Numbered from the whole stretch's first letter, positions 47,641-60,603 are shown. The stretch: 63,877 bases of DNA, filler included, from Lenisia limosa (GCA_001655205.1; 18 parts of 18 records of this genome joined end to end with filler, not necessarily neighbours in it); one strand, 5' to 3'. Program-made: numbers and translations. The notes: generated from the letters alone by a model not told the origin.

Positions 47641-48030
47641 TTAAAGCGGGAGTCTGCTTAATTTTTCTTACAATTCTCAACAATTATTGTTCTGGGGTGG
47701 ACAGATGTATAATTTTGAGTTATATCATTTCCGTGAGATTATTAGCTGAATTCATTTATTGGGCACAGTAATGTCACTGTTTTACACCACTTTGTGAATC
47801 ATCATCTAAATAATGGAATTTAGCACTTTCAATGGGTGATTTAGACTTGAAAACTATATGAATTGACCAATATTCCAGGAAAAGTTAATATAGTACCTAG
47901 AAAACGACAAAATATTAATTTTTCCAATTCTCTTGGAGTTGACTCAGAAAAGTACATATTTCTTGCAATTAAAGCGGGCGAAATTCCAAAAAAACATTGT
48001 TTTCGCAATTTAAGCAGACTCCCGCTTTAA
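47641..48030. mobile_element. 390-bp TTAA-flanked non-autonomous element (Kolobok-like AG..CT termini)
   Basis: Perfect 21-bp inverted ends TTAAAGCGGGAGTCTGCTTAA / TTAAGCAGACTCCCGCTTTAA. Confidence 0.7.
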
Positions 48031-51000
48031 TGAGGCACCTTTTGCATGTGGCCTACTATAATTATATATGGGGTGATAGGGTTCAGTTCATAATTGAACT
48101 GAACTATGCTGTTAATGGTGGAAATGTGTGGTAACAAAAACAGCTTTCTTGAACGTAAGAATTTAAATCCCCTACCAGTACTATGTGGTCATCAAATAGT
48201 ACACAAAAGAGTAAAGTGTACTATTTGATGACATCACATAGTACACTTTACTCTTTCTAAATAGTCTCTCTAACTCTTCATTGAATCCTGATAGACTGGT
48301 AGAATTATGATAGAATATGGTTCATTCATGCATAACCATTTTTTGAATATGATTGTTTTTTGTTTGTGGGTGTCATTTTCTCCTACCTTAGTACGTAATA
48401 AGGAGGAATTGAGACATTGACACCCAAGGTTGTTTGTTCAATATTGGTTGTTCCATATCTTGAATAAAAGCGAAGTTAACCACAATTTGCAGCTAAATCG
48501 CGTTTTAATAGTTCGATCAGAGGAAAAATATCAATTTTTGAGGATAAGGAAATTAAGGTGGTTCAGTCCTTTTTTTGATTTAACGAAAAGTCGACTCAGT
48601 ACAGTAAGTACTGAAATAAATTTTGATCTTAAAATCTACACTTTATTAACTATATTATGCAGGCAAAGCGAAAAAAAAACGGATTTTTACAGCAATTATG
48701 GTGTGGTACCTCATGAGGTTCACCTTTTTTTTCCCGTATAAATCCCAAAAAGGATACAAAATGTCAATTTAAGCCGTATAACGGAAGTAGCTGATAATCA
48801 AAGATGAATATCTGAAATGATATTAAGTGAACAAAAATTGCTTTAATATAACACAATTTATTGCATTTTATAATGATTAAGCTTGTTAATCCCCACCCTT
48901 TCCTCACTGGACATTCCGTGAAAGAGCTGCTCCCTATTTACTTTAAGACGAACAAGCTTTGAGAAGGTACCTTCAGAGTCTCACTGCCAAGAGCTCAGTA
49001 TGGTTAGATAGAGATTATGTTTTAAGAGGTGTTTTTTTTTTAGATTTTATGCTTGTGTAGTACTTGCATTGTTTCTGTAATACTGCTGTTTTATTGAATT
49101 TTTGAGTTGGTGCCGTAACAAGGTGGATCTTGAAGAAGATCACGCACGAATGGCAGCCTCAAGAAATCCGCTTCGTGGTCTGCCGTACTATCGCTAAGTG
49201 TCTCGGTTTGGTGACTCGTACTTCTCTCCCCAAGCCTGTTGTTTCAGCAATTTGATCTCGTTTATATTAAGTCCCCCCCCCCCCNNNNNNNNNNNNNNNN
49301 NNNNNNNNNNNNNNNNNNNNNNNNNNNNNNNNNNNNNNNNNNNNNNNNNNNNNNNNNNNNNNNNNNNNNNNNNNNNNNNNGTGAAAACAGTGAAATACTA
49401 AGAAAAATACCATGAAATAACCATATACCATACAACAATACCCTATTGGGCGACTTTCGCACAACCAGGTGCAAATCCTCTCCGGTTACCGTAAGTCTTA
49501 TCCTTGGCATTGGCTGAATTCTTCTTCTGCTTGACCCCACGGATCAATGACCTCTTCCCCTTCGCTTCCTCCGAAGCCTTGTAACCCGTCCAGTTGACCC
49601 TCTCCCTTTCGACAACCCAAAAATGGTATCATTGATGGTCAAGTCCTATTCTGAGAAAAAGGGTTCAATTCTTGTGTAAGCAAAATAACTTTTCCAAAAC
49701 TACTGAAATACCTACCTTTCATCACCTCTTTGCGAAAGGCAAGACTCAAAACACTTGCAAGCCAGGAGTAACACAATCTCCAGACTCTTGAGAACACTCG
49801 CTTTTGTAGCGTATCACCTATTGAATCATTGAAGCTAACATCAAAAAGTGTAAACGCAAGTGGATGTTTAATCTCCTCCAACAATACAAACTCCATTTAA
49901 AGAGAAATAGCAAACAGTATATATTTATGTCTAAATGTAACCATGTTATTTAGAGCTTCGTTGAGGTTGGTATTCTCGGCGGAAGAGTATAAAGAGATTT
50001 TCTTCAGTTCAAACCATGGTTATTTTTGTAAACTCAGACAGCAAAATATATTTTTACAGGTTTTTTTAAAAACTATTCGAGAAGTTATTATGAATCATGC
50101 AACAAATACAAGATTTATCGACAAGGAATGCAACAAATGCAAGATTTGTGAACAAATAATGCAACACATGTAAGATTTGTGTGTAACTATTCAATCAAAA
50201 TATGAAAATTATGAATCCACCTACTGTGATAGCCTTGGTCAGGAGAGGTCTGAAGGATTTTTGGAGGTTCACATTATTATCGCTGGCATAAAAATCAGGC
50301 AAGGCATCTCAATTACAAATGAAACAACGGGGCTTACCGTAAACGCCTGATTCTCTTTCAACTTTTTTCGGCATCCATTGCGAATACAGAGCTTATTGTT
50401 TGCAGCATGGGTTGCTGGGGTAACATTAAACATCCACTGTCAAATATTATCAAAAACGTGTTGGCTCATTACTTGAAGTCTGTAATGACATCATTAAATG
50501 ACTGAAGAAAGGACTGCCAAGTTAGACTTGACGATAGAACAGCCCCTCATACCTCGAGACTTTTGTGCCACAGCGGTGACGACGGCCCTATCCAAGCTGC
50601 GGGAGCCGTGATGTAAACAAAGACCTCAAAATTTCTTTGTTTTGGTGTTATTGATAGTCTAGTACTCAAAACTGCCGAATTTCACACTAAAAAGGGTGTT
50701 ATTGAAGCGATTTATGTCGATTGTTGGCTTGTTCGCGTTTTTAATCATGTTCAAACACCAACCTATAAAAAAATATTTATATAACACCGTCCAAAAATCT
50801 CTGTGATTTTTCCGATGTCTGTGATTTTTTGAAAATGCTGCTTTTGCGTTCATTATACTCAAACTATTGCCTCTTTATTCGCAGTCACTTTGTTTTCCAG
50901 TTTAAAACTTGACCCGACAGTGATATACTGAGTGATAAAACATCGTTTTTAAAACAACAATATCAAGGATCGCCAAAGGCTTGGGACATGAGGACAACAA

Positions 51001-52638
51001 AGATCCGCAAATGCTTGACGGGAGACACTTTAGAGTACATCCTCAAAAATAAAACTGCTAATATACTACCATTAAACTGGCTTATCTGTCGAATTCTGGG
51101 AATGAATAAAGCGTATATAATGAGATACCCAACATGGAGATATTAAAGGGGAAAATAAAAAAAATTGACATGGTATGCATTCGCACCAAACTTCTTTTGT
51201 CTGAAAAACAAAAATTACTCCTTTTCAGATTAATCCAGAGCTTAACTCCTTTTCAGATTTAATTCAGAGGTTGGGTCGTTAGATGCGTAACATAAGAGTG
51301 CTCAAAAAGGGAGACCAATTGTTTTTAAGCATTTCAACTGTTACTTTATTCCTCTTTGCCATTCTACGTTTCTATGCTAGAATTTGATTAATTTTCAACT
51401 AATCGAACTTTGGAACCACCACCATTATGGATATTCGGGACAATATTTTAATATCACGATTTGAGTTGGATTTTCCTGAATCTTAGCCTTTTAGGACTAA
51501 ATGACACTATGGGAGCGGTGCAAGGTATTATTAAGAGTAGTCAGTTGGAGTCAGATCAAAGAAGACTAGTAGCCAATAATCTTATGAACGTTTGAAATTC
51601 ACATTCACTCTTATCAATTTAGAGTCTTTATTTAAAATTGCCTGAGTTATCATTAACCCAGCAGACCAAGTTTGAATTCACCAAAGACCAGATTACCGAA
51701 ACCACCAGTAATGTAAGTGCATCATATCACCTTCTCACCCTGGTTGAGTTGGTTTTTGGAACAGTCTGAGTATCTCGTGCATATTAACTTTTTGTTACAG
51801 AAGGATTGCTTACATTAAAAAACTATATATCNNNNNNNNNNNNNNNNNNNNNNNNNNNNNNNNNNNNNNNNNNNNNNNNNNNNNNNNNNNNNNNNNNNNN
51901 NNNNNNNNNNNNNNNNNNNNNNNNNNNNNNNNNNNNNNNNNNNNNGCCTTTTATCCCGGTTTTTTTTTTGCTTCCCCTTTATTCCTTTATAACGACCTAT
52001 AAAGTTGGCAAAAAAATACCCTCGGACAAATTGGTTTTTAAAAGACACAATCCTCAAGAAGCTGTTATCAAATTTTGGAGTGATGGCGACCCATTAGTGA
52101 CGAGCACCAAAGGTAAACTTTCTCGGATGTTGGTGTTATTTACCGGACCAGAGCCATATCTCGTTGAAAATATACTATAATTAAATTTGGAAAAAATTGC
52201 GTGAAAAATACGAGTTTTATCTCCCAGTTTATAATAGTATTTTACTATTTCTACTCACCGTGCTCTCAAAAAATGCATTATATGACTNNNNNNNNNNNNN
52301 NNNNNNNNNNNNNNNNNNNNNNNNNNNNNNNTTAATTAATTAANNNNNNNNNNNNNNNNNNNNNNNNNNNNNNNNNNNNNNNNNNNNAGGGGGGGGGGGG
52401 GATAATCTTGTTTATTTCTCATTGCAATAAAATTACTCCGACCCTCAAGCTGGCAACTAACTCTAGAACAATACAGCCATTTTTTCTACCCGTTTTACAA
52501 GCATTTTCCTGCCCTCAATCACAAATATTTGTATCAATTTTTCAACATTTTTGTTTACTACTTGACACATTCATCTATTGCACACAAATTTTGCATGTTT
52601 TTCATTGTTGTCCATTTAACAATCCTAACCCATTTTAG

Positions 52639-52725
52639 CTTGCCACTCTCGAAAAGGAGGAATGTCCCTTCTGTCGCAACTCCCTCCACGAACCCTCGGA
52701 TGAAGGGGTCTCAATGCTGGAGTAG
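52639..52725 (+). CDS. Last exon of a probable RING-finger protein
   Basis: TTTTAG|LATLEKEECPFCRNSLHEPSDEGVSMLE*; CPxCR is the usual RING C-terminal pair. Confidence 0.55.
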   Translation, partial: LATLEKEECPFCRNSLHEPSDEGVSMLE

Positions 52726-53989
52726 CTAATTGTCTATTTCAACTGTTTGTATCGTTGTATTGTTTTGTTTTTTCTCTTGTGCTCTTATTGATTTGTTTTT
52801 CTTTCATTCTCGTGGTTAACATTGAATATGTGTTGTGAGTAGGGCCACCACTCCCTTAGGAAGAAGGCTAAATATTGATATTCATCGAGGATTTATCGAG
52901 AAATTCCGTCTTAATAAGGCAAATAATTGGGTGACTTAATATTGCACTAGTTATATTATCATCATATCAATTGCAATCTATCGGGGAAGGTGTGCATAGA
53001 GGCACAATCTAAAAAGCACTACGGCGCATCGACTTGGAATTCCCTCATATTATTTGAGAATCCCATAAATTTCTTCGAATTTCTATAAAAATGAGATTCA
53101 TATGGCAATTCCAACGTGTTCACCAAGAATCCCAAGTCAAGTCGCTGTAGCACCGGGTGGCAAAGTTTGGTTAATTAAAAATAGAATTCCTGCAAGTAAT
53201 CAATGCCAAGTCGATGCGGCGTCTTCCTCGATGGTATTTAAGTTGTGGGTTGCTCGTCACAAACGAAGAATAATCAAAAAGGGTCTCAACTTTCCCCCAA
53301 GAATTCCAAGTGAATGGTGCATAGCTGCGTAGACAAGCAGAACGCGGTGTGGACAGAGTTGTACAACGTGATGATTGGGTGAATATATGCTGGAAAACTA
53401 TGTTTCTACACACTATTTTCTCTCATTTCTACAAATAATTGAAAATACATTACTAATTACTAAACAAAAACTTCAGAAACACCCATAGAAATACCAAGCC
53501 GAGAGTTGACCCTCCCCTGATCGGGATAGCAATGCTAATTTTGAAGCAGAAACAAGGGGTGCGGCATGTGCTCGGCGGGAATATCGACAGGAGGTGCCAA
53601 TACACCAAGGGGGTCAGATTCTCGGAACATGTGCGTGTAGACGGAAGGTAAGAGCATCATTATCACGACAACGAGGAGGGTAATGATGGCGGTGGCANNN
53701 NNNNNNNNNNNNNNNNNNNNNNNNNNNNNNNNNNNNNNNNNTTAATTAATTAANNNNNNNNNNNNNNNNNNNNNNNNNNNNNNNNNNNNNNNNNNNNGGG
53801 GGGGGGGGGCGGGGGATATCTTCACTTCGGATCGAAAAAAAGACTGAATTTGTCGATAAATCCTCGAAAACTAACTATTGATATTTTCCTGGGTTTTTTG
53901 GGACCGAAGCCTGATTGAAACTCGTACAAAAAAACACGAAATCCCCCACAAACCCCTGGAACTCTATCAAAAAGTACCTCCCCCCTTTG

Positions 53990-55125
53990 CCTACCGATCC
54001 CATTAATGCTGCCTCCCATAACCTGGGGGTGTCAAATTGAAAATGTGGAACAAGCAAAATATTTTTCCACTGTATAATCATTGTATATATCCAAATAACT
54101 GAGGATGTGAAATTAAAAATGTGGAACACAGTGTTGAAAAAGTGGAAAATTTACGAAACAGAAAGAGAAAGTCTAATGATAGATAAGGGAAAATAAAAGA
54201 CACTGTCATGACTATTGGCACTACGTCAAAAGACGTGCAGCTAAAATTGTTGTATAAAGGTCTAAAGCTGAGTCATCACCACCACGCCCCTCTTTCTAAA
54301 AAAAACTGTCTAGTGCCCCCCCCCCCAAACGTANNNNNNNNNNNNNNNNNNNNNNNNNNNNNNNNNNNNNNNNNNNNNNNNNNNNNNNNNNNNNNNNNNN
54401 NNNNNNNNNNNNNNNNNNNNNNNNNNNNNNNNNNNNNNNNNNNNNNTACTGGGCAAAATTGGCAACGTTTGTAAGAGGGCCTGGATGGGTGAAGAAATGA
54501 GAAATGGAAATGGGAGTCATAAGAAATATCGATTATGTATATATTATCATATTATAATAGTAGAAATGTAGTGAAAATATTACACCACTCCTATTTGTTA
54601 CCCCAAGAATCAATTGTTTAAAAAATCATAACACCCCTTTCACCAATAATACCCCTCTCACCAACAGCTACTATTTCCACATCCGGGTACTTCTTCACCA
54701 TTGCAGCAATTAGACCATGTGAATCTCGATGACCTATAGGATGAAAAACGCGGCACAGCATTGAGATACTATTCCAATCGATTTAAAAGATATACTGATC
54801 GCGATAAGTCCTGACACGATTGACTAAAGATAAAGCTCAATGCCCGTGTCAGAACTTATCGCGGTCAGTGTACGATGATGAACAAGAAAAAGATCAATAT
54901 TCTTAACTTGATCATGATGAACAAGAAAAAGTTCAATATTCTTATCGGAGTCATGATGAACACTATCCGCGATAATAATATTGAACTTTTTTTTATCAAT
55001 CGTGTCAGCTTATTACGGTCAGTATCAACAGCCCCATACTGACACTTTGAAATGTACCGTCCCACCATTTCCCTCTGCTTTGTTGGGGAATAATAACTCA
55101 CGCTGTTCACGGAGTCCGTCAGAAC
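53990..55125 (-). CDS. Hypothetical protein, internal exons
   Basis: Exons VLTDSVNSVSYYSPTKQREM, GHRDSHGLIAAMVKKYPDVEIVAV, LWEAALMGS with GT-AG ends. Confidence 0.4.
54791..54872. mobile_element. Family D micro-MITE with TA flanks
   Basis: TA|TACTGATCGCGATAAGTCCTGACACG ... CGTGTCAGAACTTATCGCGGTCAGTG|TA. Confidence 0.85.
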
Positions 55126-56523
55126 CTAAGGGTGTCAATTTGTTGTAATAGTATCTCAAAAAGGACTGAATTTGTAGATAAATTCTCAATAAATATCGAT
55201 TGTTTCATGGTCTTTAACCCTACATATTACAAGGTACAATTTTACCCGCTTTTGTTTGGCCCCACAACTCGCGAGCGGATTTGGTCCAGTCTCAGTGATT
55301 TTTCAGTCAAAAATAACATGAGTCTTTTACCAACCCCCATAACTATTTACTTCCCTTCCACCCTCCCCCCAATATCTTTTAGCCCCTANNNNNNNNNNNN
55401 NNNNNNNNNNNNNNNNNNNNNNNNNNNNNNNNNNNNNNNNNNNNNNNNNNNNNNNNNNNNNNNNNNNNNNNNNNNNNNNNNNNNNNNNNNNNNNNNNNNC
55501 TGCACCTTGATCCTTCTCCACTAATGATGATCATATGAATAACGTTGGGGTTAAATGATCCTGGAGTGTTTATACACTGACTGTGAGCTTCATCATAAGG
55601 ATGTCTGGCCGAAGCCGTCCACTATCACGCTTATAAGAGATATTGGATTTTAGTATAATACTAATTCACCCAAACATTTGCCTTACAACTCTTGAACTAA
55701 GGCTCTGTAAGAGTTGTACGGCAAATGATTGGGTGAATTAATATGCCGGGGAGGCATGCAGAAAGCATATGTGCGATTGATTTTTTGTTTTGTTTAATAA
55801 AAAAAATTTTAAGTGAGCGAGAAAAAAAACAAAATATAAAACTCTTTAGCTTACTTTATCTACTCCTCCTGAGCAGGTAGATAAAAATAATTAAAATAGT
55901 CAAATTTATTTTTTTAACATGAAATTTTGACTTATTTGAACTAAAAAAAATAAAAAATCAATTGCGGCCTCAATATGCATCCCCTCCCCCNNNNNNNNNN
56001 NNNNNNNNNNNNNNNNNNNNNNNNNNNNNNNNNNNNNNNNNNNNNNNNNNNNNNNNNNNNNNNNNNNNNNNNNNNNNNNNNNNNNNNTGCGTGGCGCCTG
56101 ATCGTCTCCTAAACTGTCAAAAAAAGTTGAATATAATTGTCAAAAAGAGTTGGAAAAAAGGAACAGTTAAAATTGTCAAAAAAAAAAGGGGGGTAAACAA
56201 AATTGAATTTTTTTTTATTATTATTTGTATCAGGGGCAAAAGAATTCCACCCCTATAACATGATAAAGTATAATTANNNNNNNNNNNNNNNNNNNNNNNN
56301 NNNNNNNNNNNNNNNNNNNNTTAATTAATTAANNNNNNNNNNNNNNNNNNNNNNNNNNNNNNNNNNNNNNNNNNNNATAGAAACCTGATCCTTATGTCAC
56401 AACGCCAATATCGCTAGTGATTCTTATGCCACAAAGCCAATGTCGCTGGCTCCAACTACAAAGTCATGATGATATCACTACCTCTCCTCGTTCCGTCCCC
56501 ATCATTTCCCCCTAACGTATCAG

Positions 56524-57236
56524 GCTGCTTGTCGAGCCAACGGATGGCCCCTTGACAAGGCCACTCTTGTCAGTAGTGTGACGTCGTATAGAAGCGCTGA
56601 CGAGGTCACTGAACGACCTGCTCAGGTTGGGACTTCACTTCAAAAGAACCCATACGCCTTGTTCGTTTCTATTGAGGCAAGAACTTGTTGAATTTTACCC
56701 CCCCCTCCACCAAATTGATGATACAGGGATGCTACGTATCAGGCCTCTATCTTGAAGGNNNNNNNNNNNNNNNNNNNNNNNNNNNNNNNNNNNNNNNNNN
56801 NNNNNNNNNNNNNNNNNNNNNNNNNNNNNNNNNNNNNNNNNNNNNNNNNNNNNNNNNNNNNNNNNNNNNNNNNNNNNNNNNNNNNNNNNNNNNNNNNNNN
56901 NNNNNNNNNNNNNNNACTCATCAGGGCCCTGGTGCACGAAATGCCGATCATGATGATCGTCCCAATTGAGCAGCACATTGCATCCCGTGCCGACATCTTC
57001 CACTCCCCCGTTTATGTCACACAGGTGGGTCTCAGATAATAACCGCTCACAACACTGCATTGTTACTTATTGACCTCTTGATAAACATCGGTACCGAAAT
57101 AGCAGCATTTCTGACCCCCAAGGAACGTTGCAACAAAATGGGCGAGGGCCTTGTCTTTGAGGCTGGTCTTCCCACCAATGACCACATCTCACACTGGGTC
57201 CTGCAGGGTGTGTGCCTGGTCCTCAATATTAGCTAG
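56524..57236 (+). CDS. DNAH10: Axonemal dynein heavy chain C-terminus (DNAH10 / inner-arm I1-alpha-like), 5' partial
   Basis: AACRANGWPLDK..|GCYVSGLYLEG..HEMPIMMIVPIE..FHSPVYVTQ|ERCNKMGEGLVFEAGLPTNDHISHWVLQGVCLVLNIS* (TAG 57234-57236). The paralog call rests on the GxGLVFEA/SHWVLQGV tail. Confidence 0.85.
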
Positions 57237-57766
57237 GTCTTGTTGTGTTATTGCGTTCTTATCATGTACTTTAATCTTTGTATTATCAGATCTTCGTGGA
57301 TTACAAAACTGTAATTATTCCAGAGCCATGGCAATGTTGGTATTGATGGATGTGTATCTTAGCAACTACTTTCCACCAACCACTTTGGCTTTGATATTTG
57401 TATATTCATTTGCCAATCATTTGCTCCCTTGCTTCCTGTTTGCTTCGGCATATAAACTATTAAGGATGAGACTTAAAATAGACAATATAATTTGATATGG
57501 AGAGCGCCCGCCGCCCAAATATGCAATAATTTTTTTAAAATCCATATAAGATCCATAAAACCTTGTAAAGCTGTTGTTAGAGAGAGAGACAGATAAAGAA
57601 CAATATTGGAGAAGAGAAGCAGCAGTTTGCAGAGAACAGCAACAAAAGTGGCATTCACGAAATAGCACATGGTGTTTAGGGTAAGTTCCACGCTGTCAAT
57701 CGTCTCAAATATGTTAATTGAGTTGCATATCGTGGTTCAACCAAGCAGCAGACTCTTATTGAATAG

Positions 57767-60418
57767 GTTAAACCTCGCCTCAGTGGACTCTTCAGGAGCC
57801 TCTGGCTCGAACAATCAAAGAGAACACCAGTTGACAATGCTAAAGAGCTCAGACTGAGACAATGGAAACTCACTCCCAAGTAAGCATATTCTGACGAGAC
57901 CTACACTCCTGAAGGTGATATTCCCTCATGTTCACCACTAGCACCACACTAATACGCAATATTTTAGTGTTTTTATTGGGTTTTAAGCATGCTGGAAGAG
58001 ATAATACGTTTGTACATGTTTGCTTTTTATCTTACCACGTCGTCATTTTGCAAATTGTTACGCTGCCCTGTGTATCCCTTCAACTCTCACTCTTTTCTTG
58101 GGAAAGAGGAAAGATATTTTAGAGCAATAAGTGGGATATAATTATACACCCAAATACAAAGACGTATCTTCAGGGATTAGACTCAGCTGGTTTTTCTGTT
58201 ACTTTTCTTGGCTCCCAGTGTTCATTTCTCTGCGTTTTGCCGCTATTTAGAGCCTTTAACCGCCCAGGGATGAAGATGTTGAGAATCAGAAGAGCAGAGG
58301 ACTGGTACATTTACTGGCGAAACGTCTCAATGGACTTCCTCCTGAAGATTTGAGGAAAAGCCGTGACCATTGTAAGGACATTGTAGCCCTCATCAACAAG
58401 TCCGAGCTTGTGTCAAACGATGGTGATAGCAGAGAGGTTTGAGTCTTTGATAGTCTTATACTTTCAACAATGGTGCGACGAATAACACTATTAGATCGCT
58501 GAAGTGTCCTGCATTCTCTACGAGGAAATGTCCGAATTGCTACGCCAACGTGATGTTTATTTCCATGAATACGATGGGGATGACATAGCAGCGAGGGAGT
58601 ACAAGTACAGTGGCATGGAGACCAAAAACAATGAGGCTCTGAAGAAGCGGCTTGTTTCACAGGTATTAGGGACAAGGTTTTAGGATGTCAGGATGGACGG
58701 ATACGAAATATATTATGCCGTGCCATTGAGCTGTTTTTCTTCTTATTATTTTGTTTAGATTGGACCATTCAAGGTGGACCTGAATATTTTCATGTCTGAC
58801 ATCGACGCTCTATACTCCCTTGAGAAAAAGGCCAGAAAAGAGCGAGCAGAAGAACCTATTATGGTGGGGGTTCCTCCATGAGTTTTTCCGTTCCTTACAA
58901 TAGGAGTTGAAAAAAAGGACCTTTTCTGTTTCATTTTGCAACTTTCTCTAACCTGGCTAGCAAGTCAAAACCGCATCCGCAGTGGAGTCGATTCCCTCTG
59001 AGTTTCTCCTTGCCGACCGCCCTGTGCCGGTACCAAATGACGTCTTCGACTGGGTCAAGTACGCTCCTGAGGCGCCCCGCGTGCCCTCATGCCAGCAACC
59101 CTCGCAGCCTCTCACAGAGTTGGAGCTTCACCACTCATACTTACAGGAGGCTTTTGGTGGGCATTGTATTGTTATCTTGCTTTCGCCGTGAACTATGGAG
59201 ACACCATGATTCTGTTTCACCTTTTAATTCCGGCTTGCTGCTGACAGTTCAGAGTACCATGATGTTCTTTCACCTGCCTGGTTCCAAGCCGTCTGCACAG
59301 AGTTTGGCAGGTGAGCTGTCTCCCTCCCCAAATGATGGATAAATTAATTATCGTCACTAACCATAAAGCGATGATATAGGCGACTTTAACCTTTACCTTT
59401 TTTCTTTGACATTTCTACATTTCGAATTATTAAACAATGTAGCATTATTGGAACACCTACTGATTTTGTGAAAGAAGATATTATGAACCTTCTGGAGTCC
59501 AAACAGCCTGGTTAGAGGGTTTGCTGCTGAGGGTTAATTGGACAGTCGGTTTCAAAGTTGCTAAATACGTTTTGATACATTTTGGGCTAAACATCTACCT
59601 CTGTCTCCAAAATAGGAACGTCCTTTACCTCCCACCCAGACAATCAAGTCAGCACGCAAATGCACGAGTTTTTCGGTGACGCTGCGCTGGAGACTATCTT
59701 GACTCTGGTGAATAACCGCTGGACCCTCTCATGCATGGCGCGCAATATCGTGGGTGAGGTTTTTCTGTTGACCATTAAATTGTCTTTCGAGATATACTAT
59801 ATCATAAATATTATATGATAGATATATGATATATCATATGTAGCTACATGAGTCGATATGCCAACCTTCTTGTTTTTTAATATGTGGATCTTTGCGGAAT
59901 GTGTTTTTACCTCCTAGGTTCCCGAAACAACTAGAAAAATCGGTCAAAAGGGTTCTGTCAACAACAGTAGGATGGTATTGGTACTGTAAAACACTATTTG
60001 TTTAACTATTTGACACACCTGCAAATGGTAAATACTTTTGCGGAACCACTATTTGAGGGACATGTTTTAGATCCTTTGCTTTACTTTCAGTTTCTATCAA
60101 CAACAGTCTTTATCTTCTGATCCTCCCCCAGCTTTTGAAAAGGAGCTTCTCAAGAAGGCGAAGAAGGAACAGGAGAGGAATCGGAAAGGCAACAAGTCCC
60201 ACACAGCTCCCAAGACCTTGAGTACAGCTGAGATGGCTGAAAAATGGTATGTTATTCTTCTGATTGAAAAGACAAATTCTGTGGAGTGCTTTAGTCTTTG
60301 TCCCCTATAATGTGATCTAAGTTGCAATACATGACATTTCACCATTGTTGATTTTGAAGGCAAGAAGACATGTCCCTTAGAGCAATGGATGACGGTCTGT
60401 CAAATTTATTGGAGGAAG
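57767..60418 (+). CDS. Multi-exon hypothetical protein with a possible divergent RNase III motif
   Basis: About 11 exons, e.g. DEDVENQKSRGLVHLLAKRL, IGPFKVDLNIFMSDIDALYSLEKK, ELELHHSYLQEAF, QMHEFFGDAALETILTLVNNRWTLSCMARNI, FEKELLKKAKKEQERNRKG. Confidence 0.55.
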
Positions 60419-60603
60419 GTATGTTCGCAANNNNNNNNNNNNNNNNNNNNNNNNNNNNNNNNNNNNNNNNNNNNTTAATTAATTAANNNNNNNNNNNNNN
60501 NNNNNNNNNNNNNNNNNNNNNNNNNNNNNNACTGCTATATTGTGTAATTTTTTCGCTCTGAATAATATATGAAACATAATATTATATTATTTTTACACCC
60601 TAG

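Larger units (their letters stand above)
44790..51100 (-). mobile_element. Decayed large DNA-transposon sequence, tentatively KDZ/CxC-type, interrupted by other elements
   Basis: Broken frames with DINRFNNTLFSVKF (50659-50862), RVFSRVWRLCYSWL (49639-49896), CLHHEFY..GES (46295-46483); many stops and shifts. The resemblance is from memory only. Confidence 0.35.
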
